Assembly (NCBI GenBank): GCA_036794765.1
Contig: DAIRGB010000001.1
Coordinates: forward strand, 11,752 to 75,751
Origin: Patescibacteria group bacterium
GTDB lineage: Bacteria; Patescibacteriota; JAHJAL01
Direction: 5' to 3'
Length of the DNA: 64,000 bases
The position numbers and the translations under genes were made by a program. Position 1 is the stretch's first letter, and each line of letters starts with the position of its first letter. Under the pieces are notes generated by a model. The model was given only the letters and a program-made list of their open reading frames with translations. It searched no databases and was not told where the DNA came from. This document shows positions 8,365 through 16,092 of this stretch, piece after piece.

Positions 8365-9159
8365 ATGCAAAAGTATGGAAAAATTTTGTGGCGGATAATC
8401 AGAATGGCGGTGATGCGGGATATGATGTATAGGATAGATGTTTTTATAAGCTCGCCCGCGGCTTTTTTTTATATTTTGATAAATATTTTTTGGATAAAAT
8501 ATTTATTTGGGGCGATCGGAGATCAAGAAATTGCCGGGTATAACAATTGGGATTTTTATCTGCTGTTGTTTACTGGACAAATTGGGGCGGCGTTGTTTTT
8601 TGCCTTTATACAAAAGAGTTCCAATGCTGTTCGAGAGCAAATATTGAAAGGAGATTTGGATTATTTTTTGATAAAACCGGTTGCAAGTTGGTTTTTGATA
8701 AGTTTTCAGGACATTAATTTCCGAGTGTTTGTTTCTATTATTGGATATTTGGTAATTGGGGTTCCTTGGATTATTGTTGCCGGGAATTATCATTTTAATA
8801 TTTGGCAGTGGATAAACATTGTTTTGATATTGGTTTTTTCATTTGTTCTATCATTTGCGGTGCGATGGATAGTAACTTTGTTAAGTTTTTTTTGGGATAG
8901 ATTTGATGCCGGGATATTTTTTATTGAGTCGTTGGAAAATGTAAGTTCCTTTCCAAAATCAATTTTTCCCGGGAGTTTGCAATTCATTTTTTTGTATATA
9001 TTGCCGATGGCAATGATAAATGCACCGATTTTTCAGGTAATTGACTATTCATGGAATATTAGTTTGTTGATTGAGATGATTGGGGTGATGATCATTTTTC
9101 TTCTATTGCTGGGGTTGATGTGGAGGTTTTCATTAAAGAAATATGGGTCGGCGGGGTGA
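8365..9159 (+). CDS. ABC-2 family permease of subtype B.
   Basis: N-terminus KILWRIIRMAVMRDMMY. C-terminus KKYGSAG. Polytopic. Confidence 0.65.
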   Translation: MQKYGKILWRIIRMAVMRDMMYRIDVFISSPAAFFYILINIFWIKYLFGAIGDQEIAGYNNWDFYLLLFTGQIGAALFFAFIQKSSNAVREQILKGDLDYFLIKPVASWFLISFQDINFRVFVSIIGYLVIGVPWIIVAGNYHFNIWQWINIVLILVFSFVLSFAVRWIVTLLSFFWDRFDAGIFFIESLENVSSFPKSIFPGSLQFIFLYILPMAMINAPIFQVIDYSWNISLLIEMIGVMIIFLLLLGLMWRFSLKKYGSAG

Positions 9160-9162
9160 GAG

Positions 9163-9252
9163 AAGCAAAAACTTAACAAACATATCAAACATATCAAACG
9201 TATTAAACACTTAGAAACGCTTTTAAACGCTTAAAAACACTTTGAAACTGTA
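9163..9252. repeat. Phased roughly 10-bp A-tract repeat spacer.
   Basis: AACATATCAAACATATCAAACGTATTAAACACTTAGAAACGCTTTTAAACGCTTAAAAACACTTTGAAACTG. It can be aligned with the spacers at 8276 and 10070. Confidence 0.5.
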
Positions 9253-9269
9253 ATATTTAAAATAAATTA

Positions 9270-10064
9270 ATGAAAAGTTATTGGAAAATATTTTGGCGGG
9301 TGGCGAAGATGTCGTGGATGGTGACGGCCAGTTATAAAATTGATCTATTGGTGGGTTATACTACATCATTTATTTATTTTTTGTCACACTTGGGAATGGT
9401 ATATATTTTATTTCAGATATCTGAAAATAAGACAATTGCTGGTTTTGGTCAATTTGAGTTTTATTTTATTTTCGGTTTGGTTGAAGTATTATGGTTTATT
9501 TGTTTTGGTTTCTTTTATATCAATTCAAATAAATTGATTGATCAAATAGTTGAAGGCAAAATTGATTTTCTTTTGTTAAAGCCAAAAAATAATTTATTTT
9601 TAGTGATTTTTCAAGAAATAAACTTGGACGATTTATTGGCGATGTTTTTTTATCTTTTTTTGACTTTGGGATTGGTGAATTACATGGATTGTTGGGAATG
9701 GTTGATCAATAATTTGTGGTCGATAATAATGGTAGAAATCTGTTCAATAATTTTACTGTTTCTTTTAATTTGGATTGGTTCGTTTATCAATTTTTATTGG
9801 CCGCGTTTTATGGTGTTTAGATTGATGGTGATACACAATTCTGATATTTCACAGTTTCCCAGGCAAATATACCCTAGGTGGATGCAAGTAATATTGATGT
9901 GGGTTTTTCCATTACTTTTGATGACTTCGCCAGTTTTTGATTTGTTTTCCGGGGGTTTAAATGGGTGGTTTTGGTTGAATGTTTTTCTAGAGATTGTTGC
10001 CTTGTCATTGATTTTCATTTTAATGTGGCGGGATGGTATTCGGAGATATTGTTCGGCGGGGTGA
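9270..10064 (+). CDS. ABC-2 family permease of subtype B.
   Basis: N-terminus KIFWRVAKMSWMVTASY. C-terminus IRRYCSAG. Polytopic. Confidence 0.65.
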   Translation: MKSYWKIFWRVAKMSWMVTASYKIDLLVGYTTSFIYFLSHLGMVYILFQISENKTIAGFGQFEFYFIFGLVEVLWFICFGFFYINSNKLIDQIVEGKIDFLLLKPKNNLFLVIFQEINLDDLLAMFFYLFLTLGLVNYMDCWEWLINNLWSIIMVEICSIILLFLLIWIGSFINFYWPRFMVFRLMVIHNSDISQFPRQIYPRWMQVILMWVFPLLLMTSPVFDLFSGGLNGWFWLNVFLEIVALSLIFILMWRDGIRRYCSAG

Positions 10065-10069
10065 GGGAG

Positions 10070-10160
10070 TGAAAAACATAACAAATTTATCAAACATATC
10101 AAACTTAGCAAACACTTAGAAACTCTTTTAAACTCTTTGAAACGCTTTTAAACTGTAATT
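10070..10160. repeat. Phased roughly 10-bp A-tract repeat spacer.
   Basis: ACAAATTTATCAAACATATCAAACTTAGCAAACACTTAGAAACTCTTTTAAACTCTTTGAAACGCTTTTAAACTG. Confidence 0.5.
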
Positions 10161-10168
10161 ATTAAAAA

Positions 10169-10966
10169 TTGATGAAGAAATATTTTAAAATATTTTGGCG
10201 GGTGGGGAGGATGAGTTTGATGCGGGATATGATGTATCCGGCTGATTTTTGGACGGGGAGTTTTTCGGGAATTGTGTTTATGGCTTCGCAAATGTTGTTG
10301 ATCTGGTTTTTATTTAAAACCAGTCAGTCGGAGACTATTGCGGGATATGACATGTGGCAGATTTATTTTGTATATGGAGTTTATAATTTTGTTGTTGGTT
10401 TGGCTTATGTCTTTTTGTTGAATAATTCTTGGTCGTTCACGAGTGGAATAATTGCTGGCTTGCTTGATCTGGATTTGATTAAACCGATAAATAGTTTTGT
10501 GGCATTGTATATGAAAGAATATGAAATGGTGGTGGAGGTGATTAGTGTATTGGTTTCGTTTTTCTTGAGTTTTTGGTTGGCGATAAGCGGCAGAGTTGAA
10601 TTGAATTGGACTCAGGTTGTTTTGATATTGGTGGTAATGTTACAATCTTTTTGCCTGTATTGTGTATTGTATATTATTAGTTCAGTAATTGAACTTTTTG
10701 TTAGCCGATTTTCGGTTTTAAGGTTTATGATGCATGAATTTGATGTGGTGACAAGTTATCCTCGGCGAATGTATCCGTTGGCGATGCGGTATATTTTGTT
10801 GTTTGTCTGGCCGTTTTTTATGATTGTTAGTCCGATTTATGATATTTTTGATCAAACGTTTGATTTTGAGAAAATATTTATTTGGTCGGGAGTGAACATT
10901 ATTTTTTTATTGATATTAATCTTGATGTGGACAAGTGGTTTGAAAAAATATTGTTCGGCGGGATAG
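10169..10966 (+). CDS. ABC-2 family permease of subtype B.
   Basis: N-terminus KIFWRVGRMSLMRDMMY. C-terminus LKKYCSAG. Polytopic. Confidence 0.65.
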   Translation: MMKKYFKIFWRVGRMSLMRDMMYPADFWTGSFSGIVFMASQMLLIWFLFKTSQSETIAGYDMWQIYFVYGVYNFVVGLAYVFLLNNSWSFTSGIIAGLLDLDLIKPINSFVALYMKEYEMVVEVISVLVSFFLSFWLAISGRVELNWTQVVLILVVMLQSFCLYCVLYIISSVIELFVSRFSVLRFMMHEFDVVTSYPRRMYPLAMRYILLFVWPFFMIVSPIYDIFDQTFDFEKIFIWSGVNIIFLLILILMWTSGLKKYCSAG

Positions 10967-11026
10967 CGTTGGGAGAAATTTGAATTATTATTTGTTGTCG
11001 GGTAAAATGTAAAATAGTTAGTTTTT

Positions 11027-11098
11027 GCGGGCATAGTATAAAGGCTATTATATTACCTTGCCATGGTAAAGATACGGGTTCGATTCCCGTTGCCCGCT
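11027..11098 (+). tRNA. tRNA-Gly with anticodon GCC.
   Basis: Acceptor stem GCGGGCA pairs with TGCCCGC. Anticodon stem-loop TTACC/TTGCCAT/GGTAA. T-arm ACGGGTTCGATTCCCGT. Discriminator U. CCA is not encoded. Confidence 0.85.
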
Positions 11099-11189
11099 TT
11101 TTTGTAGTGAGAGGATTAACGTTTTTTTCTTCTCATTTTTTTGTGTCTTTACATTGTATTTATCAGATTATATACTTTGAGAGGAAAAA

Positions 11190-11585
11190 TCGGGTAATTG
11201 CTCAATTGATTTTTGGAGTTAATTGAGAGGAAAGTCCGAGCGTTTTTAACAAATTTTTGATTTGTGATGGTGATTGAGAGAAACAATCGTCCTCCTTCGC
11301 CTAACGGCTACGGCGGATAGGGAAAGTGCCACAGAGACGATACTAGTCCGCCTTCGCTTTTTTAGCTATGGCGGGTGAAAGGTGAAAAGTTTGCTTTTAA
11401 GCAAATTACTTATTGGTGACAATAAGTGTTGGTAAACCCCACCAAAATGCAAGAGGATATAAACCTCGCCGGAGCTTGGTAGCGATATCAAGCCAAGATA
11501 GATGATTACCGTGAGAATTTTATTCTCATACAGAACTCGGATTATAGATTTTTCCAATCAAATTACGAATTGTGAGTTACAAATT
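11190..11585 (+). ncRNA. rnpB: RNase P RNA, bacterial type A-like. The ends are approximate.
   Basis: Conserved P4 5' strand GAGGAAAGTCCGAGC at 11226-11241. GGGAAAGTGCCACAGAGACG. GGGTGAAAGGTGAAAAG. GGTAAACCCCACCAAAATGCAAG. P4 3' strand ACAGAACTCGGATTAT at 11530-11546. The terminal sequences are complementary, which gives a P1 helix. Confidence 0.75.
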
Positions 11586-11669
11586 ACGGGAAAGTAATGG
11601 TAAATCAGGGTTCGTAATTTTTTTTAGGTTTTTTGTTATAATTGTGATGATTCGTAAAAACTTAATTTT

Positions 11670-13115
11670 ATGAAAAGATCGGAAGTATTTTTTAATATTT
11701 CTTTGGTTTTTATTGATATTGCCATGATTTTGGTTGGCTTTGCTTTGGCCTACGAGATTAGATTGTATGCTTCAGATTTTGTGCCGGTGAAATGGGTTTT
11801 GCCTTTGAATGAATATTTGAGGTATATTATTTTGTTTATTCCGGTTTGGTTGGGAGTTTTTGCAGTGATGGGTTTGTATGCTTTTCGGGGGGTGGGGAGT
11901 TTTGTGTCGGAAATGTTGAAAGTAGTTTTGGCGGTATCGGCGACGATTAGTTTGATGATTTTGATTATCTTTTTTAATCGAGATCAATTTTTTTCACGTT
12001 TAATAATTATCTATGCATGGTTGTTTGTGACGGCAATGGTGGTGGTTGGTAGATTGGTTTTGCGGGCAGGTCAAAAATTTTTGTATCGATATGGGGTTGG
12101 AGTGCGAAGGGTGTTGATTGTGGGAGCAAATACTGTGGCGTGCGAATTAATTGAAGTGTTGGCAAAAAATAGTGATGGTTGGGAGTTGGTAGGAGTGATG
12201 GACGAAAAAAAACAACAAGGAGAAAAAGTATTGGGGAAATATCGGGTTTTGGGAGGGAGAGATAAGTTAGAAAAAATTAGAAAAAGATATCATATTGATG
12301 AAATATGGTTGGCTGAGGCAAAAAAGACAGATGAGGAAATGATAGATTTGATCAGTTTTTGTCAAAATTATGATCTGACTTTTCGTTTTGTTCCCAGTAT
12401 ATTGGAAGTAGTAAGTGCCAATGTGGAAACCCAGGCGGTAGCGGGTATGCCTTTGATTGCCTTGAAAGATACTGCTTTGGAGGGTTGGGGAAGAATAATT
12501 AAAAGAGTATTGGATATAATATTTTCTGTGGTAGTTTTGGTTTTTTTGTGGCCAGTTTTGTTATTGATTGCGTTGGCGGTAAAGTTGGATTCGCCCGGTC
12601 CAGTTTTTTATAAATCTGTCAGGGTGGGAAGAAAAGGAAGACTGTTTACTTTGTATAAATTTCGGTCAATGAAAGTAGAATATAGTATTGGTGAAGAGTA
12701 TGGTGGAAAAGAGGCGGAAAAGTATCGGGAAGAATTAAAGAAAAAAAATATAGCTGATGGTCCGATGTTCAAAGTTGAGGATGATCCACGAATAACCAGG
12801 GTAGGGAGCTTTATTCGCAAAACGAGATTAGATGAATTGGCTCAGATAATAAATGTGATGCGAGGGGAAATGAGTTGGATTGGTCCTAGGCCGCCATTGC
12901 CAGATGAGGTTAAACAGTATGAATCTCATCATTTGAAGAGGTTGGCAATTAAAAGTGGGATTACTGGTCCGTGGCAGGTGACGGGACGTCATGATTTGAC
13001 TTTTGACGAGATTGTGAAGTTGGACACGTATTATATTGAACATTGGTCTTTGGGCTTGGATTTGCAAATATTTTTTAAGACGATTTGGTTGATGTTGACG
13101 AAGAAGGGAGCTTAG
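11670..13115 (+). CDS. Polyprenyl-phosphate glycosyl-1-phosphate transferase of the bacterial sugar transferase family (WbaP/EpsL-like).
   Basis: Four or five N-terminal transmembrane segments. The C-terminal domain contains KFRSM...DGPMFKVEDDPRITRVGSFIRKTRLDELAQIINVMRGEMSWIGPRP. Confidence 0.8.
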   Translation: MKRSEVFFNISLVFIDIAMILVGFALAYEIRLYASDFVPVKWVLPLNEYLRYIILFIPVWLGVFAVMGLYAFRGVGSFVSEMLKVVLAVSATISLMILIIFFNRDQFFSRLIIIYAWLFVTAMVVVGRLVLRAGQKFLYRYGVGVRRVLIVGANTVACELIEVLAKNSDGWELVGVMDEKKQQGEKVLGKYRVLGGRDKLEKIRKRYHIDEIWLAEAKKTDEEMIDLISFCQNYDLTFRFVPSILEVVSANVETQAVAGMPLIALKDTALEGWGRIIKRVLDIIFSVVVLVFLWPVLLLIALAVKLDSPGPVFYKSVRVGRKGRLFTLYKFRSMKVEYSIGEEYGGKEAEKYREELKKKNIADGPMFKVEDDPRITRVGSFIRKTRLDELAQIINVMRGEMSWIGPRPPLPDEVKQYESHHLKRLAIKSGITGPWQVTGRHDLTFDEIVKLDTYYIEHWSLGLDLQIFFKTIWLMLTKKGA

Positions 13116-13163
13116 AAATAATTTCCAATTCTCAATTTTCAAACAATATTTTGTTGGGATATT

Positions 13164-14297
13164 ATGAAAAACATTAATAATATAAAGGTGGCGATTGTTT
13201 GTGATTGGTTGACTAATCCGGGTGGAGCAGAGAAGGTGGTGGAGGTGTTGGCGGATATTTTTCCTGAAGCTCCGATTTTTACTTCGGTTTGCGATCGAAA
13301 TCGTTTTAAATGGTTAAAAAAAAGAAAATTGATTACTTCCTGGTTGGATAGATTGCCGATAATAAGATACAAACATCAGTTGATGGCGCCATTTCGGCCA
13401 ATGGTGTTTGAAGGTTTTGATTTTTCGGAATATGATTTGGTTTTTTCTTTGACGAGTGCGGAGGCAAAAAATATTATAACTAAACCAAAAACTATTCATA
13501 TTTGTTATTGTCATACGCCGATAAGATATTATTGGAGTGATTATCATGAATATTTGAATCATCGTTTGGAGTTTGGGGTATTTAATCCTTTGATAAAATT
13601 GATTATGCCATTTTTGGTAAATAGTTTGCGGATTTCTGATAGAATGGCGGCAGATAGAGTAGATTATTTTTTGGCTAATTCTATCAATGTAAAAACAAGG
13701 ATAGAAAAATATTATCGTCGAGAATCAGAAGTGATATATCCGCCAGTGGAAGATGAATTTGAGGTAAAAAGGGGAGAAAAAAGTCAGAATGATTATTATT
13801 TGTGTTTAGGCCGTTTGGTTCCTTATAAAAAAGCTGATCTGGTCGTAGAAGCGTTTGTTAAAAATGGAAGAAGACTATTGGTTTCCGGTGAGGGGCCTTT
13901 GTTGTCTCGGTTGAAAAAAATAGCTGAGGGAAAAAGGAATATTGAAATATTGGGACGGGTGGATGATAATGAAAAAAAGATTTTGCTGGAAAATTGCAAA
14001 GCCTTGGTTTTTCCTGCGGAAGAAGATTTTGGAATTGTACCGGTGGAAGCAATGATGTGTGGCAAGCCGGTAGTTGCTTTTGGTAAGGGGGGGGCAAGGG
14101 AAACGGTGGTGGAAGATTTGTCGGGTGTGTTTTTTGAAAAACAGGATGTGGATTCATTGAATAAGGCAATAGTAATTTTGGAAAGAAAAAGATGGGATGA
14201 AAAAAAAATATCGGCTTGGGCGAGTAAGTTTAGGCGTGAAGTGTTTGTGAAAAATATCAATGAATTTGTAGCTAAAGTATTAAAAAGAGAAGTTTAA
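13164..14297 (+). CDS. Glycosyltransferase family 4.
   Basis: C-terminal GT-B motif EDFGIVPVEAMMCGKPVVA. Confidence 0.75.
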   Translation: MKNINNIKVAIVCDWLTNPGGAEKVVEVLADIFPEAPIFTSVCDRNRFKWLKKRKLITSWLDRLPIIRYKHQLMAPFRPMVFEGFDFSEYDLVFSLTSAEAKNIITKPKTIHICYCHTPIRYYWSDYHEYLNHRLEFGVFNPLIKLIMPFLVNSLRISDRMAADRVDYFLANSINVKTRIEKYYRRESEVIYPPVEDEFEVKRGEKSQNDYYLCLGRLVPYKKADLVVEAFVKNGRRLLVSGEGPLLSRLKKIAEGKRNIEILGRVDDNEKKILLENCKALVFPAEEDFGIVPVEAMMCGKPVVAFGKGGARETVVEDLSGVFFEKQDVDSLNKAIVILERKRWDEKKISAWASKFRREVFVKNINEFVAKVLKREV

Positions 14298-14346
14298 ATT
14301 GATAGTTGGCAATTAAAAATTGTGTTTTTAGTTTTTAATTATTAAT

Positions 14347-14970
14347 TTGATCAAAATGGATTTTAAAAAATCAATTCGTCCGTTGGTTGATTATTGGTGG
14401 TTAGTGTTGTTGAGTATGGTTATTGTTGTAGTGTCTCTGGTGATAATTGATAAATCGCAAAGTGCTGAATATGAGGGGACTATGACTTTGATTGTCAAAC
14501 AGACTATGCCTGTATCTGATGATTCTGGTTATAAATACGATGGATATTATGCAGTAATGGCCAATCAAACTTTTGCGGATACTTTAGAAAGTTGGCTTAA
14601 GAGTCCAGAGATGGTAGCGGAAATTTATGAAAAAGCAGAAATTGCTTATCCTAAAACTATGAGTGCATTAAGAGGTAGATTTGACGTGGAAAAGGTCATA
14701 TCTCAGAGTGTAGCGGTGGGAGTTAAGACTGGTTCCAGACAAGAAACTGAGGATTTATTGAATGCGACAAATGAAGTTATGAAATCGAGAATTGAGGGAA
14801 TGTTGGTTGATAAAGATGGTAAACCATTATTTACATTGAATAGATCAAATGTTTTAGTTTTGCCTTATACGATTGATTATCGATTGCAATTTGGGGTAGG
14901 TATTATGGGGGCAATTTGTGTGGGGATCTTTTTAGCTTATCTTATGTCGGCGATTTCTAAAGAAAAATAA
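14347..14970 (+). CDS. Wzz/CapA-like polysaccharide chain-length determinant protein. This is a small form and the assignment is tentative.
   Basis: N-terminal basic segment followed by a transmembrane segment, WWLVLLSMVIVVVSLVII, and then YEGTMTLIV. A C-terminal transmembrane segment. This topology matches the Wzz-like 2-TM fold. Confidence 0.45.
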   Translation: MIKMDFKKSIRPLVDYWWLVLLSMVIVVVSLVIIDKSQSAEYEGTMTLIVKQTMPVSDDSGYKYDGYYAVMANQTFADTLESWLKSPEMVAEIYEKAEIAYPKTMSALRGRFDVEKVISQSVAVGVKTGSRQETEDLLNATNEVMKSRIEGMLVDKDGKPLFTLNRSNVLVLPYTIDYRLQFGVGIMGAICVGIFLAYLMSAISKEK

Positions 14971-14982
14971 GAGGGAGGCAGT

Positions 14983-16071
14983 TTGAGAATATTGGTTGAT
15001 GCCAGGGGATTACTTGAAGAGACGAAGGCGGGTGTTGAAGGATACACTTACAATATGTTGGTTAATTTACAGAGAATGTACCCAAAGGATGAGTACATTC
15101 TTTTTTCATATTCTAGAACCAGAAGTCCAGAATCGGAGTTGGCAGATAAATGGCAATGGAAGCATTTTAGGTGGTCAAATCTTTTGGTTTCGGCTTCGTT
15201 TAGAATGTTAGGATATCCGGTAGTGGATAAGATTTTGGGTGATTTTGATTGGGTTTGGTTTCCGAATATTCGTTTTTTTCCGGTTAGCAAACAGATAAAG
15301 AAAATTGTGACAGTTCATGATTTGTCTTTTGAGATTATGCCTGATTGTTATTCGCACAAAAGAAGACTATGGCATTGGTATATGAATATCAGAAAAAATT
15401 TATTGGCGGCGCAAAAAGTGGTTTGTGTGTCGGAAAATACACGTCAGGATTTACTGGAAAGATATCATATTGAAGGGGAAAAGGTGTTTACTATTTATCC
15501 AGGGTTGGAATGTGAAAAATTTTGTGTTCCAAAGAAAGGAAAAAAAAGTAGATATATCGTATTTTTAGGAACATTGGAAGAGAGAAAAAATATTTTGACT
15601 TTGCTTAAAGCATATGAATATTACTCTCTTAGATTGACAGAACGTCCTTTAAAATTGGTATTAATAGGATCAAATTGTTTGACGTGGAATATTAAAGAAT
15701 ATTTGCGAGAGAGAAATATGCAAAACAGAGTAATGGTGTGCGGGTATTTGAATGATGAAGATCGGAATAAAATATTGTCGGAGTCGGCTGTGGTGGTATA
15801 TCCTTCTTATTACGAAGGTTTTGGTTTTCCCCCTTTGGAGGCGATAGCAATGGGTATTCCATCACTTTCTTCTTTTTGTGGTTCATTGGGAGAAGTATTA
15901 AGTAATAAATGTATGTTGCTTGATCCGTTGGATTATAAAACTTTAGCAGTGAATATTTCTCAGATATTAGATTCTGATTTGGAGAAAAAGAATAATGATT
16001 TAGGTGATTTTTTTCAAAGATATGATTGGGAGAAGTCGGCGTATCTTTTTCGAGAAATATTGGATAGTTGA
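14983..16071 (+). CDS. Glycosyltransferase family 4.
   Basis: YEGFGFPPLEAIAMGIP motif. Position in the locus with the other glycosyltransferase. Confidence 0.75.
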   Translation: MRILVDARGLLEETKAGVEGYTYNMLVNLQRMYPKDEYILFSYSRTRSPESELADKWQWKHFRWSNLLVSASFRMLGYPVVDKILGDFDWVWFPNIRFFPVSKQIKKIVTVHDLSFEIMPDCYSHKRRLWHWYMNIRKNLLAAQKVVCVSENTRQDLLERYHIEGEKVFTIYPGLECEKFCVPKKGKKSRYIVFLGTLEERKNILTLLKAYEYYSLRLTERPLKLVLIGSNCLTWNIKEYLRERNMQNRVMVCGYLNDEDRNKILSESAVVVYPSYYEGFGFPPLEAIAMGIPSLSSFCGSLGEVLSNKCMLLDPLDYKTLAVNISQILDSDLEKKNNDLGDFFQRYDWEKSAYLFREILDS

Positions 16072-16092
16072 TGATATAATTGGATTATAAAA

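Noticed and set aside
6530-10160. Possibility that the intergenic repeats form a CRISPR array
   Set aside because: The repeat units are about 10 bp, not 24-48 bp. There is no regular repeat-spacer alternation. The blocks are separated by complete 800-bp genes. No cas genes are present in the window.
11366-11557. 63-aa minus-strand ORF
   Set aside because: It lies entirely within the RNase P RNA gene (conserved P4 and GGGTGAAAGG motifs on the + strand). It is a spurious ORF in a structured RNA.
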